In this document: positions 39,177 through 51,367 of the stretch, one piece after another
How the letters are laid out: each line of letters opens with the position of its first letter
How positions within the stretch are numbered: the first letter of the stretch is position 1
Assembly: GCA_963749075.1 (NCBI GenBank)
Contig: CAVVLJ010000004.1
Coordinates: forward strand, 64,001 to 128,000
Direction: 5' to 3'
Length of the DNA: 64,000 bases
Source: an uncultured Pseudomonadota bacterium
Lineage (GTDB): Bacteria > Pseudomonadota > Alphaproteobacteria > JACZXZ01
Made by a program: the position numbers and the translations under genes
Notes under the pieces: model-generated
Databases searched by the model: none
Told to the model about the DNA's origin: nothing
Seen by the model: the letters and a program-made list of their open reading frames with translations, nothing else

Positions 39177-40040
39177 ATGACGAGATCGGCTCATCGGGCG
39201 GCGCCGTCCGACGCGGCGGCGCGGCGGAGGGCGAAGGCGGTCGTGGTCTACTCGGTCGAGCATCTGCCGCCGTTCGACGCCGCCTTCTACGAGCGCGCGC
39301 GCTCGGCACTGACGAAGGTCTCCGAGCTAGCGGTTCCGCCGCGCGAGGCGAGGGCGTTCAGCGTGCCGGCCGGGCATTTCTTCCGCGTCATGAGCGTCGA
39401 GGGCCCCCAGGTCGGCGACCTCAACCTGTGGAACGCGCACGACCTCTCGGAGCGTTTCTTCAGCGGCAAGACGCGGGCGCTCCATGCGACGCACCTTTCG
39501 ACCGGCGACCGGCTGTGGAGCACCTTGCCACACTTGCGTCCGATGGCCACCATCACCCGGGATACGCTCGACTGGTACGGCTGGGACGAGGACGGCGGCG
39601 GCGTCCACGACGTGATCGGCACGCGCTGCGATCCCTACACCAATCTCCTCCTGAAGGGGACGGAGTACCATCACTGCTGCCACTCGAACCTGACGCGCGC
39701 CCTTGCGGCAGAGCGCCACATGCCGCTTGCCGAGGCCGAGCGCCACGTGCACGACGTGATGAACGTCTTCATGTGCACCGGCTACACGCGCGACACGCAC
39801 CAGTATTTCATGAAGGCGAGCCCGGTGCGGCCCGGCGATTTCATCGAGCTCTTCGCCGAAATCGATCTCCTCTGCGCCCTCTCCGCCTGTCCCGGCGGCG
39901 ATTGCGGCGCGAGCCACTCCGACGACGCCGCCAAGTGCTACCCGCTCAAGGTCGAGATCTACCGCGCGAAGGAGGACGCCCTCGCAGGCTGGCGCTCGCC
40001 GCCCGCTAACGCCTATTCGCGGACTCACGGGATCGTCTGA
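39177..40040 (+). CDS. DUF1989 (urea carboxylase-associated family) protein
   Basis: EGPQVGDLN, HDVIGTRCD, CHSNL, NVFM, LSACP. Confidence 0.88.
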   Translation: MTRSAHRAAPSDAAARRRAKAVVVYSVEHLPPFDAAFYERARSALTKVSELAVPPREARAFSVPAGHFFRVMSVEGPQVGDLNLWNAHDLSERFFSGKTRALHATHLSTGDRLWSTLPHLRPMATITRDTLDWYGWDEDGGGVHDVIGTRCDPYTNLLLKGTEYHHCCHSNLTRALAAERHMPLAEAERHVHDVMNVFMCTGYTRDTHQYFMKASPVRPGDFIELFAEIDLLCALSACPGGDCGASHSDDAAKCYPLKVEIYRAKEDALAGWRSPPANAYSRTHGIV

Positions 40041-40052
40041 AGCCGCCCGTCC

Positions 40053-41186
<1,134 letters not shown>

Positions 41187-41286
41187 TCACGCTTTCAAGC
41201 CGCCTCGGCCATGCCCTGGCCGTTGCCCGCGGCTGCCCGGCCCCACTCTGAGTCAAGCGGCCCGTCGGGTCAATAACTTTGTCGAG

Positions 41287-41931
41287 TCAAAGACTTAAGC
41301 TGCCCTGGACGGCGCGCACCGGGGCGAAGCTGCGGCGGTGGTGCGGCGTGGCGCCGAAGCGCCACAAGGCCTCGCGGTGCTCCTCGGTGCCGTACCCCAT
41401 ATTGTGTGACCAGCCGAAATCGGGATGGCGCAGTGCCAAGCGCCGCATGAGGCGGTCGCGCGTCACCTTGGCGAGCACCGAGGCGGCGGCGATCGAGAGG
41501 CTCAGGCCGTCGCCGCCGACGAGGGTCTCGACGCGGCAGGGGAGGGCGGGCGTGCGGTTGCCGTCGACGAGGGCGGCATCGGGGAGCACGCCGAGTGCGG
41601 CGAGCGCCCGCGCCATGGCGAGGTGCGTGGCGGCGAGGATGTTGAGGCGGTCGATCTCGGCGACGCTCGCCGCCGCGATGGCGAAGCGCAAGCGGCCGTG
41701 CCGGGCGCAATCCGCGAGTGCCGCGAAGAAGACCTCGCGGCGCTCGGGCGTGAGGCGCTTCGAATCGTCGAGCCCGTCGAGCCGCCCGAGCGCCAGGCGC
41801 TCGCGCGAGCGCCGGTCGTGGCCGAGGATCACCGCGGCGGCGACGACGGGTCCCGCCCACGGCCCGCGGCCCGCCTCGTCGAGGCCGGCGACGAGCCCGC
41901 CCAGCCTCAGCTCGTGCGAGAGGTCGGGCAC
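41287..41931 (-). CDS. rnhB: Ribonuclease HII
   Basis: [40 protein letters not shown]. Confidence 0.97.
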   Translation of the reverse strand: MPDLSHELRLGGLVAGLDEAGRGPWAGPVVAAAVILGHDRRSRERLALGRLDGLDDSKRLTPERREVFFAALADCARHGRLRFAIAAASVAEIDRLNILAATHLAMARALAALGVLPDAALVDGNRTPALPCRVETLVGGDGLSLSIAAASVLAKVTRDRLMRRLALRHPDFGWSHNMGYGTEEHREALWRFGATPHHRRSFAPVRAVQGSLSL

Positions 41932-41950
41932 CGCCGGTACCGCCCGGCGC

Positions 41951-44065
41951 TCACTCGGCCGCTTGCCGCGGCTGCAGGGTCTCGCCCTCGAGCAGCTTCT
42001 CGAAGTCCGCGGCGGACGAGGGGCGGGCGAAGAGGAAGCCCTGGATGCCGTTGCACTGGTAGGCGCGCAGATAGGTGAGCTCCTCGGTGTTCTCCACGCC
42101 CTCGGCGATGGCCTTCTTGTCCATGGCGTGGGTCATCGAGATGATGGCGTGCACGAGGGCGGCGTGGGCCGCGTCGGTCGTCATGCGCGAGATGAAGGAG
42201 TAGTCGATCTTGAGCGTCTCGATGGGCAGGCGCGAGAGGTGGCTCAAGGCCGAATGCTCGATGCCGAAATCGTCGATTGAGAAGGTGACCCCGGTGGCGG
42301 CGAGCCCCTTCATGGTGCGCGTCACCAGCTCCACGTTGCGCAGGATCGTGCTCTCGGTGATCTCGAGCTTGAGGGCCACGTTCGGCAGCTTGGTCTCCTC
42401 GAGCACGGCGAGGACGCGCTCGCCCAGGTCCGCGCGCATGAGCTGCAGGCCCGAGACGTTGACCGAGACCGGGAAATCGCAGATGCCCTTCCTCCGCCAC
42501 GCCTCGGTGTGGACGCACGCCATGCGCAGCACGGCCTCGCCGAGCGGGATGATGAGCCCGGTCTGCTCGGCGATGGGGATGAACTCGCCGGGCGACACGA
42601 GGCCGCGGACGGGATGGCGCCAGCGCACGAGCGCCTCCATGCCCATGATCTTGAATGTCATGGGATGGACCTGGGGCTGGTAGAAGACCTCGAGCTCGCC
42701 GCGCTCGATCGCCCGGCGCAGCTCGCCCTCGAGCGAGAGGCGCTTGACGGCGCTTTCCGTCATCTGGGCGCTGTAGAACTCGTAGCGCTGGCCGAGCGTC
42801 TCCCTGGCGCGGCCGAAGGCGGTGCTTGCGTTGCGTAAGAGCGCATCGGTGCTGTCGCCGTCGTCGGGGAAGAGGCTGATGCCCATGACGACCTTGGCGT
42901 AGAGCTCGCGGCCGCCCGCCTCGAAGGGCGCGTCGAAGGCGTGGCTCACCCGCTCGATGGGCGCCACCGCGTCGGTGCCGCGCCTGATGCCGCCCAGCAT
43001 GGCGAAGAAGCGGCCGGCACCGGCATGGGCCACCGTGTCGCCCGGCCTGAGCGCCGGCTGGAGGCGCTGCGCCGCCTCGCGGATGATGGCGTCGGCAGCA
43101 CCGAGGCCCGCCGTGTCGCGGATGGCCTCGAGCTGCTCGAGCTCGAGATAGATGACCGCGATCTTGCTCGAGAGCCGCTGGGCCTGGGGCAGCGCCTGGG
43201 AGACGCGGTCGTTGAAGAGCTGCTGGTTGGGCAGCCCCGTGAGCGGATCGTAATAGGCGAGATAATCGCGGTGGGCCTCGAGCTTCTTGAGCTCGGTGAT
43301 GTCGAGCGCCAGGCCGTCCCACTGGATCTCGCCGTTGAGCCGGCGTGGCCGGGCGACGGACTTCAGCCAGCGCACGCCGGCGCTCGGCGTGTTGAGGCGG
43401 AGCTCGACCTCCATGGGACAGAGCTCCTGGGCGGAGCGGCGCATGGCGTCGTCGAGCACCGGGCGGTCCTCGCTCACGACGCAGTCCGCGAACTGCGCGC
43501 TGTCGCGCACCATCTCGTCCGGATCGATGCCATAGAGCGTCTGCATCGCCGGGCTGACGTAGGTATAGGCCATATGGCCGTCGGGCTTGAGGATCTGGCG
43601 GAAAATGGCGCCCGGCAGGTTCTCGGCGATGCTGCGAAAGCGCTCCTCCGCCTCGCGCAGCGCGTTGAAGGCGCGGCTCGCGCGCAGGATGTAGCGCACG
43701 CGATGGGAGAGGATGAGCCAGTTGATCGGCTTGGCGATGAAGTCGGTGGCGCCCGCCTCGTAGGCCTTCTCGATCGACTCGATGTCGTCGAGACCGGTCG
43801 CCATGAGCACCGGCACGTAGGTCGCATCCGGCCGCTTGCGCAGCTCCCGGCAGAGCGCAAAGCCGTCCATCTCCGGCATCACCACGTCGGAGATCAGCAT
43901 CGCCGGGCGGTTCTCCTCGAAGGACTTGAGCGCCTCGCTGCCGTCGCCCGCCTCGATGACGGAGAAGCCGTCCTGCTCGAGCGTCTCGCGCATGAGGAAA
44001 CGCAGCGTCGCGTCGTCGTCGACGATGAGGATGACCGCGGGATCGCTCGCGTCGGCGGGGCTCAT
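41951..44065 (-). CDS. REC-PAS-GGDEF(degenerate)-EAL response regulator, likely a c-di-GMP phosphodiesterase
   Basis: ILIVDDD/DVVMP receiver, [14 protein letters not shown] replaced by GAGRF, EALVRW, LEITE, DDFG, LKID, AEGVE. Confidence 0.92.
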   Translation of the reverse strand: MSPADASDPAVILIVDDDATLRFLMRETLEQDGFSVIEAGDGSEALKSFEENRPAMLISDVVMPEMDGFALCRELRKRPDATYVPVLMATGLDDIESIEKAYEAGATDFIAKPINWLILSHRVRYILRASRAFNALREAEERFRSIAENLPGAIFRQILKPDGHMAYTYVSPAMQTLYGIDPDEMVRDSAQFADCVVSEDRPVLDDAMRRSAQELCPMEVELRLNTPSAGVRWLKSVARPRRLNGEIQWDGLALDITELKKLEAHRDYLAYYDPLTGLPNQQLFNDRVSQALPQAQRLSSKIAVIYLELEQLEAIRDTAGLGAADAIIREAAQRLQPALRPGDTVAHAGAGRFFAMLGGIRRGTDAVAPIERVSHAFDAPFEAGGRELYAKVVMGISLFPDDGDSTDALLRNASTAFGRARETLGQRYEFYSAQMTESAVKRLSLEGELRRAIERGELEVFYQPQVHPMTFKIMGMEALVRWRHPVRGLVSPGEFIPIAEQTGLIIPLGEAVLRMACVHTEAWRRKGICDFPVSVNVSGLQLMRADLGERVLAVLEETKLPNVALKLEITESTILRNVELVTRTMKGLAATGVTFSIDDFGIEHSALSHLSRLPIETLKIDYSFISRMTTDAAHAALVHAIISMTHAMDKKAIAEGVENTEELTYLRAYQCNGIQGFLFARPSSAADFEKLLEGETLQPRQAAE

Positions 44066-44067
44066 CG

Positions 44068-46926
44068 CTAGGTTCCCATCAGTACTTTGAGCCCGCGCAA
44101 GGCGCCGTCGAGGTCGCTGTCGAGCGCCGGCAGCAGGGGTGCGATCTCGGGTGCCGCACCCTTCCGCCCGAGCGCCTCGATCTCCCGGCAGCGCCCGGAG
44201 AGGCGGAGCGCCCCCAGGTTGGCGGCGCTCGACTTGAGGCTGTGGGCGGCGCGCCAGGCGGCCTCCGTGTCGCCGCGCAGGGCAGCGCTCTTGATCTCGG
44301 CGACGAGGGTGGGCGCCGAGCGCGCGAATTCGGCCAGCACGCGGTCGAGGATCGACTGGTTGCCGCGCTTCGGCAGCGAGCGGATGCGCTCGATGGCGGC
44401 GAGGTCGATGTCGCCGTCGCTGCTCGCCGCTGCCGCGCTCGCCGGCGCCTGCCGCTCCTCGGGCTTGGCGGCGGCGGAGGGGGGCGGCGGCGCAGCCGGT
44501 GCGGCAGGCTCCGCCGCCTTGCGCTCGTCGGCCGGCGGCGGCACCGGCACTTCCGCGGCCTGTTGCTGCGGCAGCCAGTGCTTGAGCGTCTCGGCGACCC
44601 GCACCTCGTCGAACGGCTTGCTCAGGAAGTCGTCCATGCCGGCGTCGATGCACTGCTCGCGCACGCCCGCCATGGCATGCGCCGTCATGGCGACGATCGG
44701 CAGCCGCCCGGCGGCGCGCTTGGCAAGCGCCCCGTTGCGCTCGAGCTCGCGGATGCGCCGCGACGCCTCGAAGCCGTCCATCTCGGGCATCTCGCAGTCC
44801 ATGAGCACGAGGTCGAAGGGCTTCTCGACGACGAGACGCACCGCCTCGCGGCCGTTGCCGGCGGTCATCACCTGGCAGCCCATCGCCTCGAGGAGGCCGG
44901 TCGCCACCTCCTGGTTGATGGCGTTGTCCTCGACCACCAGGAGATGCGCCGCGAACTGGGGGCGCGCCTTGGGCTCGTGCGCCGAGCGCACGAAGAAGGG
45001 TGCGATGCCGCGCCGGCGGCCGCCCGAGGCGAGCGTGGCCAGGCAGTCGAACAGCACCGAGGGGCGCACGGGCTTGGTGAGCTGCGCGAAGGTCTCGCCC
45101 TTGTCGGGCGTGTCCTCGACGCCCTCGAGGCCGGTCAGGAGGATGAACTCGCCGACCGCCGCGTCGCTCTTGGTGCGCGCCCAGCGCACGAGCTCGAGGC
45201 CGGCCGGTCCAAGCCCCTTCACGTCGATGAAGGCGGCATCGAAGGCGCGCCCCTTGGCGCCCGCGGCGTTGATCGCCCCGCGCGCGGCGTCCATCGTCTG
45301 CACGAGCTCCGTGTCGATCTCCCAGCTCGAGAGATAGCTCGCCATCACCTTGGCGCTCGTGGCGTTGGTGTCGACGACGAGCACGTGGAGCGGCCGCGCG
45401 ATGCGGCGATGGACGGCGGGACCCTCGGCGTCGTCCTCGGCGCGGGCGAGGCGCACGGTGAACCAGAAGCGCGAGCCGCGGCCGAGCTCGCTCTCGACGC
45501 CGATCTCCCCGCGCATGAGCTCCGCGAGCTGGCGCGCGATGGCGAGGCCGAGGCCCGAGCCGCCGTACTTGCGCGTGAGCGAGGTGTCGATCTGGCGGAA
45601 GGATTCGAAGACGCGCTCCTGCTGGTCGGCCGCGATGCCGATGCCCGTGTCGAGGACGGAGAAGGAGAGCCGCACGCCCTTCGCGCTGATCTTGTCCAGC
45701 ATGAGGTCGACGTAGATCTCGCCGTGCTCGGTGAACTTGATCGCGTTGCCGACGAGGTTGACGAGAATCTGGCGCAGGCGCACCGGATCGCCGCGCAGCT
45801 TCCGCGGCACGTCCTCGGCGACGTAGTAGATGAACTCGATGCCCTTGCTGGCGCAGCGCGCGGAGAACAGGTCGTTCACCTCGGCGAGCACGTCGCGCGG
45901 GTCGAAGACCACGTCGATGAGCTCGAGCCGCCCCGCCTCCACCTTCGAGAGATCGAGAATGTCGTTGATGATGGAGAGGAGCGCCTCGCCCGAGCGCTTG
46001 AGATTGTCGAGCAGCCGCGCCTGGCGCTCGTCGAGCCGCGTGTCGGCGAGCAGGCTCGCCATGCCGAGCACGCCGTTCATCGGCGTGCGGATCTCGTGGC
46101 TCATGGTGGCGAGGAAGTTGGACTTGGCGCGGTTGGCGGCCTCCGCCTGCTCCTTCGCCTCGCGCAGCTCGCCGACGACGAGGGCGAGCTCCTCGTTCTT
46201 CTTGCGCAAGACCTCGTCGCGCTGCTCGATCTGCCCGAGCATGGCGTTGAAGCCCTCGACGAGGACGCCGATCTCGTCGTTCCCCGTCTTCTCCGAGCGC
46301 AGCGAGTAGTTCTGCTCCTTGCTCACCTTCGACATGGTGATGGCGAGCGAGCGGATCGGCTGGGAGATGATGCGTTGCAGGCCGACGCAGAGGATGTAGG
46401 CGACGGCGAGCGAGACGATGAGGATGACGAGCACCACGAGCTGCGAGCGCTCGGTGCTCATGGCGAGCTCCTCCGAGGTCGCCTTGACGTAGATCGAGCC
46501 GATCACGGCGCCGTTGGCGGTGATCGGCTCGCGCATGCTCACGAGGTCGCCCTCGCTCGAGACCGCCTCGCCGGGGCTCGTGGGCGGCGGGCCCGCCAAC
46601 TCGGGCATCGATTTGTTGCGGTAGCTCGCGAACATCTGGCCGTCCGGCCGGTAGATGGCGGCGGCCAGGATCTGCGGCTTGGCGGCAAGGCTGGCGAGCG
46701 CCTGCTCGGCTGCGGCGCGGTCGCCGGCGGTGATCGAGGCGGCGCTCGTCGAGCCGATGACGCTGCCCAGGGTCTGGAGCTCGGAGAGAGCGGCACCGCG
46801 CAGATAGCGCACCTCGTCCCGGATGAAGACGAGGAAGTCGAGCTCGAGGACCAGCGTGGTCGTCAGCATGACGATCAGAATGAGCTTCCTGCGGATCGAC
46901 AGGTTCCTGATGAAGTTGGTCAACAT
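44068..46926 (-). CDS. Hybrid sensor histidine kinase (periplasmic sensor-HAMP-HisKA-HATPase-REC-REC-Hpt)
   Basis: [57 protein letters not shown]. Confidence 0.94.
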   Translation of the reverse strand: MLTNFIRNLSIRRKLILIVMLTTTLVLELDFLVFIRDEVRYLRGAALSELQTLGSVIGSTSAASITAGDRAAAEQALASLAAKPQILAAAIYRPDGQMFASYRNKSMPELAGPPPTSPGEAVSSEGDLVSMREPITANGAVIGSIYVKATSEELAMSTERSQLVVLVILIVSLAVAYILCVGLQRIISQPIRSLAITMSKVSKEQNYSLRSEKTGNDEIGVLVEGFNAMLGQIEQRDEVLRKKNEELALVVGELREAKEQAEAANRAKSNFLATMSHEIRTPMNGVLGMASLLADTRLDERQARLLDNLKRSGEALLSIINDILDLSKVEAGRLELIDVVFDPRDVLAEVNDLFSARCASKGIEFIYYVAEDVPRKLRGDPVRLRQILVNLVGNAIKFTEHGEIYVDLMLDKISAKGVRLSFSVLDTGIGIAADQQERVFESFRQIDTSLTRKYGGSGLGLAIARQLAELMRGEIGVESELGRGSRFWFTVRLARAEDDAEGPAVHRRIARPLHVLVVDTNATSAKVMASYLSSWEIDTELVQTMDAARGAINAAGAKGRAFDAAFIDVKGLGPAGLELVRWARTKSDAAVGEFILLTGLEGVEDTPDKGETFAQLTKPVRPSVLFDCLATLASGGRRRGIAPFFVRSAHEPKARPQFAAHLLVVEDNAINQEVATGLLEAMGCQVMTAGNGREAVRLVVEKPFDLVLMDCEMPEMDGFEASRRIRELERNGALAKRAAGRLPIVAMTAHAMAGVREQCIDAGMDDFLSKPFDEVRVAETLKHWLPQQQAAEVPVPPPADERKAAEPAAPAAPPPPSAAAKPEERQAPASAAAASSDGDIDLAAIERIRSLPKRGNQSILDRVLAEFARSAPTLVAEIKSAALRGDTEAAWRAAHSLKSSAANLGALRLSGRCREIEALGRKGAAPEIAPLLPALDSDLDGALRGLKVLMGT

Positions 46927-47217
46927 CCTGGAATGCCCGCTCCTGATGGATGATGCTTACGCTGCCCGCCCGGTTTGCGCCGCAGCGGGCGCCGGCGCCC
47001 GGCCGCGAGGCCGCGCTGCGCTCCTCGTGCACTCCTCATGCGATGGCGATGGCCGGTGACGCCGGGCGCTGCGGGCGCCCGTCGCGAAGGCGCCCCGCGG
47101 GCAAGGCGCCGCCCGGCGCCGCGCGGGACAATCGGGCGGGCCATCCTCTCCCCATCGTCCGCTGGCAAAGCCTCGGCGATTCGCCGCCTCCGCTGCTCGA
47201 CCTTCGCGTGATTCGAC

Positions 47218-47233
47218 GTTAACTGCCTATTAA
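47218..47233 (-). promoter_or_regulatory. CtrA binding site (TTAA-N7-TTAAC)
   Basis: Minus strand TTAA-TAGGCAG-TTAAC in the AT-rich region upstream of the hybrid kinase; GATTC sites at 47178 and 47210. Confidence 0.78.
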
Positions 47234-47337
47234 ATAACGCAAAATGACTGGAAAATCCAATCGATTTATAGGCGCGGCCCGGCGCCGCCGGGGCGTTGCG
47301 GGCTCGATTGGCGTCGACTCGCAGGCCGCGGCGGCGC

Positions 47338-48150
47338 CTAAAGCGCCTTATCGGGGAAGAACGGATAGGGTCCGTCGAAGCGGCCGATGTAGCTCGTGTG
47401 GGAGACGATGCCCTGGCTCGCGTCCCACACATGGAGCTGGCAGGCCGGCGGCTCCAGGTTGAAGACGGCCGGCGCGTCGTGGCGCAGGTCGAGCACGACC
47501 TGGTGCGCGGTGCTCGGCCCGGTCGAGGCGAGGGTGCCGTGCCAGCGCATCTGGATGGGGCGGTGGAGGTGGCCGCAGAGGATGCGCTCGATCTCCGGAT
47601 GCTGGCGCACGATGGCGGCGAAGCCCTCGCTGCCGGCGAGGCCGATCGCGTCCATGTGCTTGACCCCGCTGGCGAAGGGGGGATGGTGCATGAAGACGAG
47701 GGTGGGCCGCGCCGGCGCCTCGGCGAGCCTTGCCGCGAACCAGGCGAGCCGCTCGACGCAGAGGAGGCCGCCGGCCTCCCCCGGCACCACGGTGTCGAGG
47801 CCGATGAGGCGCACCGGATAATCCTCGATGGCGTAGTGGAGGAAGCCGCCCGCGCGGGGCAGGTAGCCGTGGCCGGGAAAGGCGAGGGCGAGGGCGGCGC
47901 GGTCGTCGTGGTTGCCGGGCACGAGGAAGACCGGCATCTCGAGCTCGCCCAGCATGTCGGCGAGGAGCGCGTACTCCTCGGCGAGCCCGCGGTCGGCAAG
48001 ATCGCCGGTGGCGATCACCACGTCCGGCCGCGGGCGCATTTCGTTCAAGTGGCCGAGGGCTTCCTTGAGCATGCGGTTGGTCGACACCCGCTCGTAGGCG
48101 AGGAGGCCCTCCGGGCGGACGTGCAGGTCGGTGATCTGCGCGATGATCAT
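47338..48150 (-). CDS. Metallophosphoesterase, GpdQ/CpdA-like phosphodiesterase
   Basis: QITDLH, TGDL, PGNHD, MHHPP, CGHLH. Confidence 0.92.
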   Translation of the reverse strand: MIIAQITDLHVRPEGLLAYERVSTNRMLKEALGHLNEMRPRPDVVIATGDLADRGLAEEYALLADMLGELEMPVFLVPGNHDDRAALALAFPGHGYLPRAGGFLHYAIEDYPVRLIGLDTVVPGEAGGLLCVERLAWFAARLAEAPARPTLVFMHHPPFASGVKHMDAIGLAGSEGFAAIVRQHPEIERILCGHLHRPIQMRWHGTLASTGPSTAHQVVLDLRHDAPAVFNLEPPACQLHVWDASQGIVSHTSYIGRFDGPYPFFPDKAL

Positions 48151-48235
48151 GGCTCTACTCCCGGCCCGCCGGCGATCCGCGGCCGCTCTTGCCTATTGCT
48201 GCGATACGCCGGCGCCGTCAAGGACCGTCAGGGCC

Positions 48236-49585
48236 TCACATGAGGTTGCCGCCGGTGATCTTATCCGCGAGCGGCTTCATGATCTCGTCCGCCGCCTTCT
48301 GGGCGTCCTTGACCGCCTGCGCCGGCTCCTTCTTGCCGGAGATCACCGCCTGCACCTGATCCTCGATCGCCTTGCGCACCGCCACGGTATCGTAGACGGC
48401 GAGCCAGGCGCCGGCGTACTCGAGCTGCTTCAAGGCGATGAGCGCATCGGGATGCTCGGCGATGAAGGCCTTCATCTCGGGCAGCTCGTAGGAGCTCTGG
48501 CGCGGCGAGAAATAGCCGGTGAAGCGGCTCCAGTGGCCGAGCTGCTCGGGCGTCGTCATGTAGCTCATGAAGCGCCAGGCGGCCTTGCGCTGCTCGGGCG
48601 TGAGCCCGTTGAAGGCGATGAGCGAGGCGCCGCCGATCGGCACCGAGTAGCGCACGTTCTTCGGCATGAAGGCGACCTTGTAGGGGAACTTGGCGCCGTT
48701 GCGGATGAAGGTGAGCGAGCCGGTCGAGAGCACCACCATCGAGGTCTTGCCCGAGAAGAAGTCGGCCGAGACCTGGTTGGGGTCGATGACGCCTTGCGGC
48801 ATGACCTTGTATTTGAAGACGAGGTCCTTCCACAGCTGCATGGCGCCGAGGGTGGAGGGCTGGTCGTAATAGACCTCGCCGCCGAACACCGGATTGTAGA
48901 AGAGCCCGCCGTTCGCCATGGTGAGCGACTGGGTGAGCCAGCCGCAGTAGTCGTAGGCCGACGGCATGGTGAGGCCCCAGCGCGTCACCTCGTCGCCTTG
49001 CCGCTTGGTGAGCTTCTCGGCGTCGGCCACGAGCTCGGCCCAGGTGGCCGGCGGCTTCTCCGGGTCGAGGCCGACCTCGCGGAACTGCTCGGCGTTGATG
49101 TAGAGGAGCGGCGTCGAGTTCTGGTAGGGGATCGCGTAGATCTTGCCGTCGATCACGGCGTTGGGCCGCACCGCCGGCCAGAAATCGTCGAGGTAGGTCT
49201 TGGGATCGATCTTGTTCTCGACGAGATAGTCCTCGATCGGCTCGATCTGCTTGTTGAGCGCGAACTCGATCACGACGTTGGCCAACATGAGGGCGACGCC
49301 CGGCGGCTTGCCCGCGGCGACGGCCGCCTGGGCCTTGAGCCGCGTGTCGTCGTAGCTGCCGGTATAGACGGGGACGACCTCGATGTCCGGGTTCTTCTCG
49401 TTGAACTCCTTGACGATGCGCGTGAGCTCGCGCGCGAGCGGGCCCTGCACCGGCGTCGGGAAATAGAAGTCGATCGAGGCGGTGGCGGCCTCGCCGGGGC
49501 TTGCTGCGAGGGCGCCCGCGAGAAGGGCGGCAAGTGCGGGCAGAAGCAGCCGGCGGGCGGCGAGGAGGCGGCGGAGCATGGTCAT
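48236..49585 (-). CDS. ABC transporter substrate-binding protein (UgpB-like)
   Basis: Signal peptide, Y.GSYDDT, IPYQNSTPLLY.N, PP.TW.EL, GGASL. Confidence 0.88.
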   Translation of the reverse strand: MTMLRRLLAARRLLLPALAALLAGALAASPGEAATASIDFYFPTPVQGPLARELTRIVKEFNEKNPDIEVVPVYTGSYDDTRLKAQAAVAAGKPPGVALMLANVVIEFALNKQIEPIEDYLVENKIDPKTYLDDFWPAVRPNAVIDGKIYAIPYQNSTPLLYINAEQFREVGLDPEKPPATWAELVADAEKLTKRQGDEVTRWGLTMPSAYDYCGWLTQSLTMANGGLFYNPVFGGEVYYDQPSTLGAMQLWKDLVFKYKVMPQGVIDPNQVSADFFSGKTSMVVLSTGSLTFIRNGAKFPYKVAFMPKNVRYSVPIGGASLIAFNGLTPEQRKAAWRFMSYMTTPEQLGHWSRFTGYFSPRQSSYELPEMKAFIAEHPDALIALKQLEYAGAWLAVYDTVAVRKAIEDQVQAVISGKKEPAQAVKDAQKAADEIMKPLADKITGGNLM

Positions 49586-49605
49586 GGCGAGGTCCCCTTT
49601 TCTGG

Positions 49606-50439
49606 TCACTTGAGTCCGGAGAACATGAAGCTGTTCACGAATTGCCGCTGGAAGGCGGCGAAGGCGAGGATGAGCGGCAGCGTGACTAAGAGCGTGCCGG
49701 CGGCAATGAGGCCCCACTCGGCCGCCCCCTCGCTCGCCTGGGTGAAGCTGGCCAGGCCCATGGTCAGCGTCTGCCGCTTGGGCGAGCTTATGACCATGAG
49801 CGGCCAGAGGAGCTCGTTCCAGTGCGCCACCACGCTCACGATGGCGAAGGCGACGAGCGCCGGGCGCACGAGCGGCAGCATGACGTGGCGGAGGAGGGCG
49901 AAGAACGAGCAGCCGTCGATCGCCGCCGCGTCCTCGAAGTCGCGCGGTACCGAGCGGAAGGCCTGGCGCATGAGGAAGGTGCCGAAGGCGGAGGCGAAGT
50001 AGGGCGCCATGACGCCGAGAAGCGAATCGTAGATGCCGAGCCTGACCGCGGTAATGAGGTTCGGGATGATGAGGATGGGCGGCACCAGCATGAGCTGGAG
50101 GAGGAAGAGGTAGAAGAGCGTCTCCTTGAAGCGGAACTCGAGGCGCGCGAAGGCGTAACCGGCAAGCGTGATGGTGACGAGCTGGACCGCGAGGATGCCG
50201 CTCACGACGATGAGCGTGTTGGCGTAATTGACGAGGAAATCGGCGCTCTCCCAGGCGAGCCGGAAGTTGAGAAGCGTCGGCACGAAGTCGGGCGAGAGCG
50301 AGGCGAGATCGCTCGGGCTGTAGCTCTCGGGCCGCAAGGCCGCGACGACCATCCAGAGGAACGGCGTCGACCACACGAAGCCGACGCCGGCCATGACCGC
50401 CGTGACGAGTGCCGCGGCGAGCGCTTTCCTACCGGCCAT
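49606..50439 (-). CDS. Carbohydrate ABC permease (UgpE-like)
   Basis: LAGYAFAR, FLMRQAF, EDAAAIDG EAA loop, WNELLWP. Confidence 0.92.
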   Translation of the reverse strand: MAGRKALAAALVTAVMAGVGFVWSTPFLWMVVAALRPESYSPSDLASLSPDFVPTLLNFRLAWESADFLVNYANTLIVVSGILAVQLVTITLAGYAFARLEFRFKETLFYLFLLQLMLVPPILIIPNLITAVRLGIYDSLLGVMAPYFASAFGTFLMRQAFRSVPRDFEDAAAIDGCSFFALLRHVMLPLVRPALVAFAIVSVVAHWNELLWPLMVISSPKRQTLTMGLASFTQASEGAAEWGLIAAGTLLVTLPLILAFAAFQRQFVNSFMFSGLK

Positions 50440-51367
50440 CGCGGATGCCCCGCTCGAGCGTGCGCAGGCCGAAGAGCGAGACGGCGAGGAGCAGGGCGAG
50501 GCTCACCACCGTGGCCGCCGTCGCCTTGCCGGGGTCGTGGAACTCGCTCTCCGTCTGGAAGATGTAGTAGAGGAGGAGGTTGGTCGCGTTGTCCGGCCCG
50601 CCGTGCGTCATCACGATGACATGGTCGACGTTGGTCACCACGTTGATGATGGCGATGACCACGACGAAGGCGGTGGTCGGCTTGAGCAGCGGCAGCGTCA
50701 CGTACCGGAAGCGCTGCCAGGCGTTGGCCCCGTCGAGGGTGGCCGCCTCGAGCGCCTCCTCGGGGATCGCCTGCAGGCCGGCTAAGTAGAAGAGCATGTA
50801 GTAGCCCGCGTTCTTCCACACCGTGAGGATGGTAAGCGCCGCGAGCGCGAGATCGGGGTTGCCGAGCCAGTTGATGCCGCGCAGGCCGAAGCGGCCGAGG
50901 TAATAGTCGATGAGCCCGCCGTTGGGCAGGAAGATGAAGATCCAGAGCCCGGCGGCGGCCGTGAGCGGCACCACCGCGGGGAAGAAGAGCGCCGCGCGGA
51001 TCGCCGCATTGACGCGCGTCGAGCGCTTGAGGAAGACGGCAAAGGCGATGGCGAGGACGATCGTCGGCGCCACCGTGCCGGCGGCGTAGAGAAGGTTGTT
51101 GAGGAGCGCCGTGCGGAACTTGTCATCGGCCAGGAGGCGCGCGTAGTTGCCGAGCCCGACGAAGCGCCCGACGCTGTCGCCGAGCTGCTTCAGATAGAGC
51201 GAGTCGAGGAGCACCCGGGCGATCGGCAGATAGGTGAAGAGGAGGAGGAGCAGGAAGGAGGGTGCGAGGAGGAGATAGGGCTTGGCGGCGGCGCTCCGCA
51301 GCCGGGCGCGCCCACGGAGGCCGGCCCCCTCGGCAATGACGAGCTCCGCCTCTCGGGCCGTTCCCAT
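50429..51367 (-). CDS. Carbohydrate ABC permease (UgpA-like)
   Basis: FVGLGNY, LAGLQAIP...EAA.LDGA, MT.GGP.NAT. Confidence 0.92.
   Translation of the reverse strand: MGTAREAELVIAEGAGLRGRARLRSAAAKPYLLLAPSFLLLLLFTYLPIARVLLDSLYLKQLGDSVGRFVGLGNYARLLADDKFRTALLNNLLYAAGTVAPTIVLAIAFAVFLKRSTRVNAAIRAALFFPAVVPLTAAAGLWIFIFLPNGGLIDYYLGRFGLRGINWLGNPDLALAALTILTVWKNAGYYMLFYLAGLQAIPEEALEAATLDGANAWQRFRYVTLPLLKPTTAFVVVIAIINVVTNVDHVIVMTHGGPDNATNLLLYYIFQTESEFHDPGKATAATVVSLALLLAVSLFGLRTLERGIRDGR

Noticed and set aside
41951-47032. 1693-aa giant ORF
   Set aside because: The upstream roughly 990 aa are an off-frame shadow of the kinase; the real EAL protein starts at 44065.
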